A stretch of DNA of 64,000 nucleotides from Myxococcota bacterium. Its GTDB lineage: Bacteria > Myxococcota > UBA4151. The notes beneath the pieces are model-generated. The model searched no databases, was not told the origin of the DNA, and worked only from the letters and a program-made list of their open reading frames with translations. Below are positions 1-9,672 of this stretch, in pieces (within the stretch, counting starts at the first letter, position 1; every line of letters starts with the position of its first letter). A program made the position numbers and the translations under genes. Location: positions 924-64,923 of the forward strand of contig JAYZBQ010000018.1 of NCBI GenBank assembly GCA_036338695.1. Reading direction: 5' to 3'.

Positions 1-1230
1 GACCATGACGGCGAACAGCGCCTGAGACCACACGCCGGGCCGGACGCGCAGCAAAACGACCGCACAGATGATGAACACGAGGATTGCGAGCGAGCTGTAG
101 ACGCGCTCAGCGGACTGCCACGTCGTATGCCCCTGGGCGGTCCGGGTCTTCGAGACCGTCGCCACGCCCGTTTTGCGCGCCAACTCATCGCAGCGGTCCC
201 CGCCGTGCTCGGCACACCAGGCGATCGCCATCGGCTCATACAGGTGCACCATGGCGGGGACCATGCGGCTGATCGAGTACGCGTCGAGCATAAAGGCGAG
301 CCCCCGCTCGTCTCGATGGAGGTCGGCGAGGACGCAACCGACCTGCATCGCCAGCCGCGGCTGCTTGCGCCGAAAGCTCTGGCTAACCGCCACGGTATCG
401 TTCGGGATTGGATCAGAGTACCAGATCGCCTTGATCTTATCGCCGTAGATGCCCCCAAAGTACTTGTTCCAGGCGCCCGTCCCCTCCTCGGGTGGATCGG
501 TCCAGGTGGCGCCGACGTCCACTTGACCGTTGGCGACCGCCTTGATCACCGCCGCAGGTGAGCCCCCCATGATCTGCTGTGCGAAGAAAGTCTCTGGATT
601 GATCGGCTCCCCATCGCACGTTGTCGCCTGCATCATCATGCGCGGGATCAAGTAGCCTGATCCGGATGTCGGCGTAACCCAGGCGATGCTCTTGCCCTTG
701 AGGTCACACAGGCTCCGGATACCGGCTGCCTCGGCGCGCTCCTTTTGGACCAACAAGCCCGAGAAATAATGGAGTGATCCATAGCGCGACGCGGTCAACA
801 AGGGCAGCGCGCCCACCTCATGATAGAGCTGCGCAAAGGGGATCGGCCCCGTCCAGCTCAGCTGGACTTGATCGGCTCGCATGGCAGGTAAGATGGCGCG
901 CGTGTCACCCGAAGCCGCCGAAAATCGAACGCGACTCGCCACCGGGTCAGGCTCCCGGCCTTCCGGTCCGTAGCGCGCCTCAAACAGGTCACTGACCACT
1001 CGAGCGAAGCGCACCTCAGCCGGCTCTCGGACCTCTTTTTGGCTCTCAATGGGCGCTAAAGCGAAGCGCACATCGATGGGTTGGTCACCGGGAGCTGGCG
1101 GGAACCACTCGACCATTGCGCAAGGGTGAACGCCGGTGCTGTCCAGCATCTGCGAGACCGGGACCGTGGGCTCCTCGGCTCGAGCCGATGTGCTGATGAG
1201 GCAGACGAGCGCAAGGAGACGCCAGCTCAT
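1..1230 (-). CDS. PhnD-like ABC substrate-binding protein running into C-terminal membrane helices (probable binding protein-permease fusion); 3' end outside window
   Basis: Not in ORF track (runs off the edge). Hand translation from ATG 1230 (ATGA overlap with phnC stop): signal peptide [18 protein letters not shown], then DLKGKSIAWVTPTSGSGYLIP, AVANGQVDVGA, SDPIPND (PhnD family), open to base 1 ending in hydrophobic SLAILVFIICAVVLL..WSQALFAVMV. Confidence 0.8.
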   Translation of the reverse strand, partial: MSWRLLALVCLISTSARAEEPTVPVSQMLDSTGVHPCAMVEWFPPAPGDQPIDVRFALAPIESQKEVREPAEVRFARVVSDLFEARYGPEGREPDPVASRVRFSAASGDTRAILPAMRADQVQLSWTGPIPFAQLYHEVGALPLLTASRYGSLHYFSGLLVQKERAEAAGIRSLCDLKGKSIAWVTPTSGSGYLIPRMMMQATTCDGEPINPETFFAQQIMGGSPAAVIKAVANGQVDVGATWTDPPEEGTGAWNKYFGGIYGDKIKAIWYSDPIPNDTVAVSQSFRRKQPRLAMQVGCVLADLHRDERGLAFMLDAYSISRMVPAMVHLYEPMAIAWCAEHGGDRCDELARKTGVATVSKTRTAQGHTTWQSAERVYSSLAILVFIICAVVLLRVRPGVWSQALFAVMV

Positions 1231-1994
1231 AGCGCGTCCAGTTCTTCGTCACTGAGGCGGTAGATCTCCTCAAGTCGCTGTGCGCTCATCTCAGACGGGC
1301 TACCATCCCAGATCAGTCGCCCGGCGCGCAGGGCGATCACCCGATCACAGTAATCTCTCGCAAGCTCGATCTCGTGGAGGTTCAACAGGATCGAGATGCG
1401 CCGCTCTTGATTGATCTGACGCAGCAACCCCAACACCGACGTCGTCAGCTTGGGGTCCAGGCTTGCAGTCGGCTCATCAGCCAAGATCAGGTCGGGCTCC
1501 TGCGCCAGCACGCGCGCAATCGCCACGCGCTGCTGCTGTCCGCCGCTCATCGCAGCGCAAAAGCTCTCCTCCCGCCCCGCCAAACCGACCGCAGCGATCG
1601 CCTCCAACGCCTTCGACTCATCCTCGGCCTCAAAACGCCCAAGCAGCGCCGCCTTCAGCCCACGGTGACCGAGCCGGCCGTTGAGCACGTTGCGCAGGAC
1701 GGTGTGGCTCTTGACCAAGTTAAACTGCTGGAACACGAACCCGACGCGTCGCCTGAGCATGCGCAGCTGCGCCGCGTTGGCGCCCGTCAGCCGATGCGCT
1801 CCGAGCGCAATCTCGCCGGCGCTGGGTGTGATCAAGCCGTTGATGCAGCGCAACAGGGTCGACTTACCCGCCCCGCTCAGACCGATGACAGCGACAAACT
1901 GCCCCTCGGGGACGGTCAGGTCGACGCCATCGAGCCCGCGGTGCCCGTTCGGCCACTCCATCGTCAGGTTGGTTAGCTTGAGCTCGGCGGTCAT
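1227..1994 (-). CDS. phnC: Phosphonate/phosphite-type ABC transporter ATP-binding protein
   Basis: Walker [24 protein letters not shown], signature [22 protein letters not shown]. Confidence 0.85.
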   Translation of the reverse strand: MTAELKLTNLTMEWPNGHRGLDGVDLTVPEGQFVAVIGLSGAGKSTLLRCINGLITPSAGEIALGAHRLTGANAAQLRMLRRRVGFVFQQFNLVKSHTVLRNVLNGRLGHRGLKAALLGRFEAEDESKALEAIAAVGLAGREESFCAAMSGGQQQRVAIARVLAQEPDLILADEPTASLDPKLTTSVLGLLRQINQERRISILLNLHEIELARDYCDRVIALRAGRLIWDGSPSEMSAQRLEEIYRLSDEELDAL

Positions 1995-2050
1995 GGCGAC
2001 CGGTCTACAGCAGCGGCTCGGTTTGGTGAACCCGCCTCAGCGTCTCGGCT

Positions 2051-3622
2051 CTAGAAGGACCACTTCAAGCCGACGCCGACATGATTTCCGAGCACCTCGT
2101 TACGCCCCCCTGTGAGCGCAATCTCGAGGTCTTCTTTGGTGTACCCAGCGCTCAACGAGGCGTCGAGCGTCCCCGTCCTCACGGCGTAGCCGGCGCGGCC
2201 TTTCACCTGGAGTTCGCCATCGCCTAGCTTGCGTGAGAAGGCGTATCCGACGCTCATCGACTCCAGCGCCAGCCCACTCCCGTAGCGCGCCTCGACCGAC
2301 GAGGCGCCATGGCTGGCGTGCGCGTGGGTCAATGTAGAGGCCCCTGAGGTGATGCCACCGACTCCATCGAGCTGCAGCTTGTGGCTCAGCTTGGTGTTCA
2401 CACCGGCGAGTTCATGCCCGACGTCGACCCGATCGACCGTCAGCCCAGTCGTGCGATCGTTCGAGGCGACCAAACCAGCGGTCGCCGTCGTCGTCACGCC
2501 GTTATCGAAGTTGCGGCTGTGCGTCATCCCGAGCCGAAGGCTCGTCAGATCAAGCTGTCCATCCACACGAGAAGCCACCGCCTCGCCCGCCAGGTCGATG
2601 GTCCGTCCTGCGTCCTCGATGCGATGGTCGACGCTCAGGCGCGCCGTCTCAACGGCGAGCCGGTCATCGATGGAGGTCGCGCTGACGGCTCCACGCAGCG
2701 TGGTGCTCGAACGATCACCGGTCACCGAATAGGAGGACTGAAGATCGGCAGCGCGCACTCTAAAGGCGCCGTCGGTCCGCTCGAGATCGACAGCGCCCGA
2801 GAGCGTCGTCGTCGATCGATCCGTCGTGCGGCGGTGCCTCACGCCCACCTCAGCGGCGTCCATGCGCAAACCGCCGTCACGGTGCGACGCCTCAACCGAG
2901 GCGTCGTAAGTCGTACCGTTATCGCCCTCGCCCGTGCGGTGGCTTAGGTTCAACCGTCCGCTCAGATCGCTCAACCGCTCACCCCAGCTGAACCGGGCGC
3001 CTGCCTCCGTGCGCTCCCCCAGCTTTTTGGTCAGCTCAGGCTTGATGCCCAGGCGCTCAAGGGCGTCCGAGCCATGTCGGTAGGCATAGACGGCGCCACC
3101 GACTGCGGCACCCGCAGCCAAGCCATAATACGCCCCAGGGTGATCTTTTTTGAGCTTAGCGACCGACTCCTTCGCCACCTCTGAGCCCAGCTCACCGAGG
3201 TTACCGAGGGTGTAGGCTCCGGGATCTTTGACGTCCAAGCCGCGGCGTTTGATCTCGTGCTCAACACGGCTTGCGAGCTCCGGACTCAGCGCCCGAACGG
3301 GCAGCTCCTTGATCAAATCCACGGCGGCCGACTCGAGGTCGGCGAGTTGCGCTTCCGTGAGGTGATCGGAGCGCGCAGGCTCGAGGCCAGCGGCGCGACG
3401 CGCCATGCTCATGGCGTCATCGCCCAGCGCGCGCTGCGTCCGCCGAGCGAAGCGCTTCATCGCTGCGTCGACGAGCGGGTCGGCTGAACCCTTCTCAAAG
3501 CCGTCCTCAACCTTACGAACGCCTGCATCCGCCACGCGCTCAACGCCCGCGCCCACGGGCTCGTTGCCACGCGCCGGTCCGGCGCTCGGTTGGGGGCGAT
3601 GATGGCTTGGTCGAATGGGCAT
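2051..3622 (-). CDS. Hypothetical protein: disordered N-terminus, helical region with Gly/Ala hydrophobic segment, repetitive beta-rich C-terminal domain ending VGVGLKWSF
   Basis: 523-aa ORF with AGGAG RBS upstream of ATG; fills the gap between neighbours. Confidence 0.8.
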   Translation of the reverse strand: MPIRPSHHRPQPSAGPARGNEPVGAGVERVADAGVRKVEDGFEKGSADPLVDAAMKRFARRTQRALGDDAMSMARRAAGLEPARSDHLTEAQLADLESAAVDLIKELPVRALSPELASRVEHEIKRRGLDVKDPGAYTLGNLGELGSEVAKESVAKLKKDHPGAYYGLAAGAAVGGAVYAYRHGSDALERLGIKPELTKKLGERTEAGARFSWGERLSDLSGRLNLSHRTGEGDNGTTYDASVEASHRDGGLRMDAAEVGVRHRRTTDRSTTTLSGAVDLERTDGAFRVRAADLQSSYSVTGDRSSTTLRGAVSATSIDDRLAVETARLSVDHRIEDAGRTIDLAGEAVASRVDGQLDLTSLRLGMTHSRNFDNGVTTTATAGLVASNDRTTGLTVDRVDVGHELAGVNTKLSHKLQLDGVGGITSGASTLTHAHASHGASSVEARYGSGLALESMSVGYAFSRKLGDGELQVKGRAGYAVRTGTLDASLSAGYTKEDLEIALTGGRNEVLGNHVGVGLKWSF

Positions 3623-3675
3623 ATGAACAACACTCCTAACAAGATCATCGGCGCAGCCGCGTGTGCGTTGCGCAC

Positions 3676-4371
3676 CTAGCGCTGAAATTCACCGCCGCAG
3701 TCTTCGCAACGATAAGCACGGGCGGCGACTTCGCGCAAATGACCGCCGCACGCGGGGCAGACCCGTTGGTCGATCGCTTGACTCACCATATGCTCGATGC
3801 CGACCCAAGGGTCTCGCTCGATATCCACTTCACCCGCCCCCACCCGCTCGAGCAGATCGATCAGACGCGCCAGGCGCAGACTCCGCGGCATCGCCTCACT
3901 CGCGGCGCGAAACTTACGCAGTGCGCGGGTGAACTCCGAACCGACCAGCGAAGCAAACCCGGCGTGAACAAGCGCCGAGACATCGTCATTGTGCCGGTTT
4001 TGAGGCTGATCGCTGACATCGCCCGCGCCGTTTCGGGCGCGGATGCCGGCGCGCTCGAGCGCGGCCCGTGCGCGCACCACCCGCTGGTCCTCGAACAAGA
4101 GCTCCGAAGCCTGAAGCTGCTCAACCAGCCGCACGAGGTGATGCAGATCAACGCCCGCACCCTCGAAACGCTGATCGATGCGACGCGCGATCTCACCGAG
4201 GGGCGTCTCGCCGTCCATCTGCAAGAACGCGAAGTATCCGATCGCAGTCAGGGGGATGGGCTCGGCGCCTGGGCGTCTGAGGATGAGCGTCGACGCCATA
4301 TCCTGACGCTGCAGCCGAACCTCGACGTCGGCGCGTGCCCGTGGCTGGAGTCGCTCGAGCTCGTCGATCAC
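3676..4371 (-). CDS. PqqD/RRE-like winged-helix + TPR-like helices + C-terminal zinc ribbon protein
   Basis: LTAIGYFAFLQMDGETPLGEIARRI..LVEQLQASELL resembles PqqD; CPACGG..CEDCGG; GTGA overlap with upstream gene. Confidence 0.65.
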   Translation of the reverse strand: MIDELERLQPRARADVEVRLQRQDMASTLILRRPGAEPIPLTAIGYFAFLQMDGETPLGEIARRIDQRFEGAGVDLHHLVRLVEQLQASELLFEDQRVVRARAALERAGIRARNGAGDVSDQPQNRHNDDVSALVHAGFASLVGSEFTRALRKFRAASEAMPRSLRLARLIDLLERVGAGEVDIERDPWVGIEHMVSQAIDQRVCPACGGHLREVAARAYRCEDCGGEFQR

Positions 4372-4883
4372 TCGCCCACCCGCGCCAAACCACGAACCGG
4401 CCCCGCCAGCTTGAGCTGCTCAAACCGGTCATTCGCCGTGGCGCCCCCAAGCGCCTCGATTCGATGCCCTCGGCCGTAGAACTCCACCGGACCGTCGATC
4501 TCGAGAAGGCGCGTGCGGCCGCTGTAGGTCACGCTCGGCGCCCGAAACCCACGCCCGCTGCTCAAGCGACCGTGCACTTTGCCGTTGAGCTCAATGTCCT
4601 CAGCGCCCACCAGTCGGGCACGCTGCGCGTCGAGCTTAAAGCCCGAATCCAGGAAGTGAACACGGACTCCCTCAAGCACCTGCGATTCGCCGCTCTGAAA
4701 GCCAGAGAAGCGCCGCGCCGTAAGCGAGGCGATCAGCTGCCCGTCGGCCGAGCTGTGGAGGTGGGTTGAGAGGCGAGCGCCCGAGAAGTCCGGTCCTGCG
4801 TCGGCGAACAGGTCCTCGCTGAGCGAGCCATCCACGCAGGCGCTGCACAGCGCAAGGAGCAGCCCGGCACCGAGGCGCATCAA
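4368..4883 (-). CDS. LptC-like beta-jellyroll lipoprotein
   Basis: Lipobox LCSAC; beta-rich pattern ([28 protein letters not shown]) resembling LptC/OstA. Confidence 0.55.
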   Translation of the reverse strand: MMRLGAGLLLALCSACVDGSLSEDLFADAGPDFSGARLSTHLHSSADGQLIASLTARRFSGFQSGESQVLEGVRVHFLDSGFKLDAQRARLVGAEDIELNGKVHGRLSSGRGFRAPSVTYSGRTRLLEIDGPVEFYGRGHRIEALGGATANDRFEQLKLAGPVRGLARVGE

Positions 4884-6685
4884 TCCGCTTTCAAGATGTT
4901 GAGGAAGGCGCTTTGAGGGATCTGGACGTTCCCTACCGACTTCATCCGCTTCTTCCCTTTTTTCTGTTTTTCAAGCAGCTTACGCTTACGAGAGTTGTCG
5001 CCACCGTAACACTTCGCCGTCACGTCTTTGCGCAGCGCTGGGATGGTCTCGCGGGCAATGACTTTGTTTCCAATCGCCGACTGCACCGCGACGGCGAACT
5101 GGTGCCTGGGCAGCTCGGCCTTCATCTTTTTGCACAGCGCTCGCCCGCGATAGTAGGCGTTATCTCGGTGCGTGATGATGCTGAGCGCATCAACCGTCTC
5201 GCCGTTGACGAGCAGGTCCAAGCGGACCAGGTCTGCCTCGCGGAAATCGGCGAGCTCGTAGTCCATGGAGGCGTAGCCCTTGGTGTTGGACTTGAGCACA
5301 TCGAAGAAGTCAAACACCACCTCCGACATCGGCAGATCGTAGCTCAGCGTCACCCGATCTTGCGAGAGATAGCGCATCTCATTTTGCACGCCGCGCCGCT
5401 CCTGACAGATTTTCATCACGGTCCCGACGAAGTCGTTCGGGACGTGGATCTCTGCCTTGATGAAGGGCTCGAGCACGACCGTCTCTCGCCGCTTCTCAGT
5501 CGGGAATTTGGCGGGGTTGTCGAGCAGGTCGATTCGATCATCCGGGTGACGCAGCTTGTAGACGACCGTGGGCGCGGTGGTGATCAGATCGAGGTCAAAC
5601 TCGCGCTCGAGCCGCTCTTGAACGATCTCCATGTGCAGCAGCCCCAAGAACCCACAGCGATAACCCATCCCAAGGGCGCTGGAGTTCTCGACCTCCCAGG
5701 TGATCGATGCGTCGTTGAGCGCCAACTTCTCCAGGCTCTCACCAAGCTCCGAGTAGTCCGCAGCATCCACAGGAAAGATCCCAGCGAACACCATGGGTTT
5801 GACCTCTTGAAAGCCAGAGAGCGGCTCGAGCTCGGCCGCCTCCTTGGCGGCGCATAGAGTGTCGCCTACTTTGGCGTCGCGGAGGGTCTTGATCCCGCAG
5901 ATCACGAGCCCGATCTCGCCGGTGTTCAGTCGATCCAGTTTGGTGTGATGCGGCGTGTATGCGCCCACCTCAAGGACCGTGTAGCGCCCCTCCGTGTGCT
6001 TCAAGAAGATGTCGTCGCCGGCTGCGAGCGACCCATCCACCACGCGCACGAGCAAGACGACGCCGCGGTACGGGTCGTACCATGAGTCAAAGATCAGGGC
6101 GCGCAGCGGTGCATCGGCGTCCCCGTCTGGCGACGGCAAGCCCTCGACCAACGAGGCGAGCAGCTCATCGACGCCGAGCCCGCTTTTCGCAGAGATGTGC
6201 TTGATCCCTGTGGTGTCCAAGCCGATCCCTTGCTCGATCTCCTCGGCCACGCGCTCGGGCTCGGCTGCCGGCAGATCAATCTTGTTGAGCACCGGAATGA
6301 TTTCGAGGTCGTTCTCGACCGCCAAGTAGACGTTGGCGAGCGTCTGCGCCTCCACGCCTTGGCTCGCATCCACGACGAGCAGCGCCCCGTCACAGGCTGC
6401 GAGCGAGCGGCTCACCTCGTAACCAAAGTCGACATGACCCGGCGTATCAACGAGGTTGATCATGTAGTCCAAGCCGTCGCTGTGGCGGTATGTTAGCCGC
6501 ACCGCCTGCGCCTTGATGGTGATCCCGCGCTCGCGTTCGATGTCCATCTTATCAAGGAATTGCTGACGCTCTTCGCGCTGCGTCAGAGCGCCGGTGATCC
6601 CGAGCAGACGGTCGGCGAGGGTCGACTTGCCATGGTCGATGTGGGCGATGATCGAGAAGTTACGAATTCGCTCGCGCGGGATCAT
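4880..6685 (-). CDS. lepA: Translation elongation factor 4 (LepA)
   Basis: [63 protein letters not shown]. Confidence 0.99.
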   Translation of the reverse strand: MIPRERIRNFSIIAHIDHGKSTLADRLLGITGALTQREERQQFLDKMDIERERGITIKAQAVRLTYRHSDGLDYMINLVDTPGHVDFGYEVSRSLAACDGALLVVDASQGVEAQTLANVYLAVENDLEIIPVLNKIDLPAAEPERVAEEIEQGIGLDTTGIKHISAKSGLGVDELLASLVEGLPSPDGDADAPLRALIFDSWYDPYRGVVLLVRVVDGSLAAGDDIFLKHTEGRYTVLEVGAYTPHHTKLDRLNTGEIGLVICGIKTLRDAKVGDTLCAAKEAAELEPLSGFQEVKPMVFAGIFPVDAADYSELGESLEKLALNDASITWEVENSSALGMGYRCGFLGLLHMEIVQERLEREFDLDLITTAPTVVYKLRHPDDRIDLLDNPAKFPTEKRRETVVLEPFIKAEIHVPNDFVGTVMKICQERRGVQNEMRYLSQDRVTLSYDLPMSEVVFDFFDVLKSNTKGYASMDYELADFREADLVRLDLLVNGETVDALSIITHRDNAYYRGRALCKKMKAELPRHQFAVAVQSAIGNKVIARETIPALRKDVTAKCYGGDNSRKRKLLEKQKKGKKRMKSVGNVQIPQSAFLNILKAD

Positions 6686-7611
6686 GGGGTCAGCTCGGCA
6701 TAAGTTATCGTTAACCCTTTAGCCAAAGGCGTTTCGGCCCGCCAATCAAAAGTTTGCTCGGCGCGCTGCGCGTCCAATGCGCTGCGCGCAACCTCGCCCG
6801 TGCGCGCCGGCTCAAAAAGCACCTCCGGCGCACGCCCGGAGATCCGCTCGATGTGCTCGGTCAGCTCGAGCACGGACGTCTCAGTCCCTGTGCCCAAATT
6901 GTAGACGTCACGAGCACCTGCTGTGTCGGCAACACGCCACAGCGCGTCGACGACATCGTAAACAAAGAGGTAATCACGTGTCGCCGAACCGTCGCCAAAA
7001 ACAGTCAGCGCCTGCCCCGCGGCGTGGCGCCGACAAAAAATCGCGATCACACCTGCCTCACCCTTTGGGCTCTGCCGAGGGCCATACACGTTTGCAAAGC
7101 GCAGCGCCGGTGTGCGCACCCCGTGCAAGCGCCCCATCTGAGCCCAGTACACCTCTGCGGCGCGCTTGGCCGCGCCATAGCCGCTGATCGGCTCGATCGG
7201 ATGATCCTCCTGCGCCAGAGGCGTACGCTGGACGCCATAGACGGCGGCGCTGCTCGCGAGCACCGCCGCTTCAAGGCTGCCACCTCGCTGCGCTGCGCCA
7301 AGCATGGCGACCGTTCCAGCGACGTTGATCATGGCGTCATGAACGGGCTCATTCACGGAGACGCGCACGTCCACCTGAGCCGCAAGGTGAACCAATCGCT
7401 GCGGCGCAAAGTCGGCGACAGCCTCTGCCGTCGAGGCAGCTGTTATGCAGCCGTCGAACCACTCAGCTGCCTTCGGGATCTGCTCGCGCAGCCCCGTCAC
7501 CAAATTGTCGACCACCTGGACTCGGTGCCCGGATCGGATCAGCCGATCGACGAGATGCGAGCCGATAAAGCCGGCACCACCGGTGACGGTTACGCGCATC
7601 GCCCCACCCAA
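6682..7611 (-). CDS. NAD-dependent epimerase/dehydratase (UDP-glucose 4-epimerase-like SDR)
   Basis: [44 protein letters not shown]. Confidence 0.93.
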   Translation of the reverse strand: MGGAMRVTVTGGAGFIGSHLVDRLIRSGHRVQVVDNLVTGLREQIPKAAEWFDGCITAASTAEAVADFAPQRLVHLAAQVDVRVSVNEPVHDAMINVAGTVAMLGAAQRGGSLEAAVLASSAAVYGVQRTPLAQEDHPIEPISGYGAAKRAAEVYWAQMGRLHGVRTPALRFANVYGPRQSPKGEAGVIAIFCRRHAAGQALTVFGDGSATRDYLFVYDVVDALWRVADTAGARDVYNLGTGTETSVLELTEHIERISGRAPEVLFEPARTGEVARSALDAQRAEQTFDWRAETPLAKGLTITYAELTP

Positions 7612-7638
7612 CCTGACGCCGACGCAGCGACGATCAGT

Positions 7639-8343
7639 CTATTTGCCTTCTTTACCGCTCGCAGCAGCCTCTTTATCCGCCTTCTCGGCGCGCTCGACCG
7701 CAGCGTCGACCGAGGTCTTGCCATCGGCGGTTCGTGCGCCGGCGGTCTCAGCGTCTGCGATCACACCCTGGGCGCCCGTGTGCCAGGCGTCGATGGCGCC
7801 GTCCCCGTCATGATCCACGCCGATCCGCTCGAGCTTACCCTTCTCATCAAAGTACTCCCAGTAGTCGACCTTTCCATCGAGCTTACTGTCCTGCTCTTTA
7901 CGGATCAGAGCCCCATCCTCGAAGAACTTCGTCAAGTCCGGCTTGCCGTCGAGGTTCATGTCAAAGGCTTCGCGGATCAGCTTGCCCTCTTCGAAGGTCC
8001 GCACCACGTCTTTGTTTCCGTCAAAGTCGAGGTCGACGGTCTCTTGCGTGGGCTGCTCTTTGACGTTGTAGAGCCGCACCACGTCGATCTTGCCGTCTGC
8101 GTTAAGATCGCTCTCGCGTTTGACGATCACGCGCCGCTCGCCGACGTCTTTGTAATGCTTGAAGATGTCGGGTTTGCCGTCGCCGTTGATGTCCAGGCCC
8201 GTGACACCATCTGGGAGCACCACCTCTGGCTTCTCCTCAGCCTCTTCTTCGACCTGCTGCACCGGCTCTTTCTTGGGCGCTGTCCGGCAGGCGGGTAGCC
8301 ACACCAACGAAGCGATCGCTAGACTCGCAAGACTTAGGCGCAT
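7639..8343 (-). CDS. Lipoprotein with tandem Dx[DN]xDG..D putative Ca-binding repeats
   Basis: Start reassigned to ATG 8343 (MRLSLASLAIASLVWLPAC lipobox); DINGDGKPD, DLNADGKID, DLDFDGNKD, DMNLDGKPD, DSKLDGKVD, DHDGDGAID. Confidence 0.8.
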   Translation of the reverse strand: MRLSLASLAIASLVWLPACRTAPKKEPVQQVEEEAEEKPEVVLPDGVTGLDINGDGKPDIFKHYKDVGERRVIVKRESDLNADGKIDVVRLYNVKEQPTQETVDLDFDGNKDVVRTFEEGKLIREAFDMNLDGKPDLTKFFEDGALIRKEQDSKLDGKVDYWEYFDEKGKLERIGVDHDGDGAIDAWHTGAQGVIADAETAGARTADGKTSVDAAVERAEKADKEAAASGKEGK

Positions 8344-8417
8344 GAGACGACTCCCTCTAAGCAGCGTGAATGTGTCCAAAAAGCGTGCGGTGGGCAACAC
8401 CTAAGCGCGCCGGCCGC

Positions 8418-9044
8418 CTAGCGCAGCGGCGCGCCGGTGACCGCCTCGACATCCGACGCTGCCACGCCCTCGGCCAGCTCAACGATCGCAAAATGGTCAC
8501 CTCGTGGCTCGAAGACCCCGAGGTCGGTGATCACGCGATCGACGCAGCGCATCCCCGTGAGCGGAAAGCTGCACGTCGAAAGAAGCTTGGCGTCGCCGTT
8601 TCGACTCGCATGGGTCATCACCACCACGACGCGCCGGGCACCGCTGACGAGGTCCATCGCACCGCCCATCCCTGTGACCTTCTTATTCGGAACCTGCCAG
8701 TTGGCGAGGTCACCGTTGGCGGCGACTTGCATACCGCCCAAGATAGCGAGGTCCACGTGCCCCCCGCGGATCATCGCGAAGCTCATGGCCGAGTCGAACG
8801 TGGCCCCGCCGGGGACCAGCGTGACCGTCTGCTTACCGGCGTTGATCAGCTGCGGGTCGACCTCTTCCTCGGTAGGGAAAGGTCCCATGCCGAGGAGCCC
8901 GTTCTCGCTGTGAATCAACACCTCGGTCTCCTCGGGGAGGAGGTTGGCGATTAAGGTCGGGATCCCAATCCCGAGGTTGACGACGCTTCGAGGTGCGACC
9001 TCCTGTGCGGCGCGTGCTGCGATCTGCTGGCGAGACCATCCCAT
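8418..9044 (-). CDS. 3-oxoacid CoA-transferase subunit B
   Basis: VNLGIGIPT, catalytic HSENG, SFAMIRGGHVD, GDLANW, GMGGAMDLV. Confidence 0.95.
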   Translation of the reverse strand: MGWSRQQIAARAAQEVAPRSVVNLGIGIPTLIANLLPEETEVLIHSENGLLGMGPFPTEEEVDPQLINAGKQTVTLVPGGATFDSAMSFAMIRGGHVDLAILGGMQVAANGDLANWQVPNKKVTGMGGAMDLVSGARRVVVVMTHASRNGDAKLLSTCSFPLTGMRCVDRVITDLGVFEPRGDHFAIVELAEGVAASDVEAVTGAPLR

Positions 9045-9115
9045 CGCAAGCTCTCCCTATCTGCTTGCGGGGGTTATGCTTGCGCAGGAGGCGCTTGGCA
9101 ACGCAGGATCGCTGT

Positions 9116-9622
9116 ATGGACGAGCAGATCTTTCGCACCTTGCAGCCAGCGCTGCTGTCGCTCCTCGATGAGTCGATCTGGGCGCTGATCACGTCCAAGG
9201 CGTTGCCGCTGGTCATCCTCGCCGCCGCCGCGTTCTGGGCGCATCGAAACCAGCGCTGGAAAACGCTGGCAATCTGCGTCGCGCTCGGGCTCCTCGGCGA
9301 GTCGATCAGCAGCCACCTCATCAAGCCCTTACTGGCGGTCCCACGCCCCTGCCGCCTCGAAGGCATGAGCCTCTTGAGTCGATGCTCATGGACCTATTCC
9401 ATGCCCTCGAGTCACGCTGTCTCGATCACGGCCGGCTTGGTCCCGCTGGCGCTTCACTGGCGCCGAGCGGCGCCTTGGCTTGCGGTGGCGTCGCTGCTCT
9501 TTATCCTGTCGCGTGCGGCGCTCGGTATGCACTGGCCATCTGATCTCTTCGTCGGTGCTTTGCTCGGGTCTGCAATCGGATTTACGGGTTACCAACTTCA
9601 AAAGCGAACGACGGCTAGGTGA
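9116..9622 (+). CDS. PAP2-family membrane phosphatase
   Basis: KPLLAVPRP, SMPSSH, SRAALGMHWPSD motifs; hydrophobic; start reassigned to ATG 9116 to avoid overlap with the divergent gene. Confidence 0.9.
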   Translation: MDEQIFRTLQPALLSLLDESIWALITSKALPLVILAAAAFWAHRNQRWKTLAICVALGLLGESISSHLIKPLLAVPRPCRLEGMSLLSRCSWTYSMPSSHAVSITAGLVPLALHWRRAAPWLAVASLLFILSRAALGMHWPSDLFVGALLGSAIGFTGYQLQKRTTAR

Positions 9623-9672
9623 CGGCCGCCGGAATTGTTTGATAGCGGTGAGACCCACTAGGAGGCCTGTCG

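Noticed and set aside
6754..8298. 514-aa plus-strand ORF
   Set aside because: Antisense shadow of two well-supported minus-strand genes; expected at high GC.
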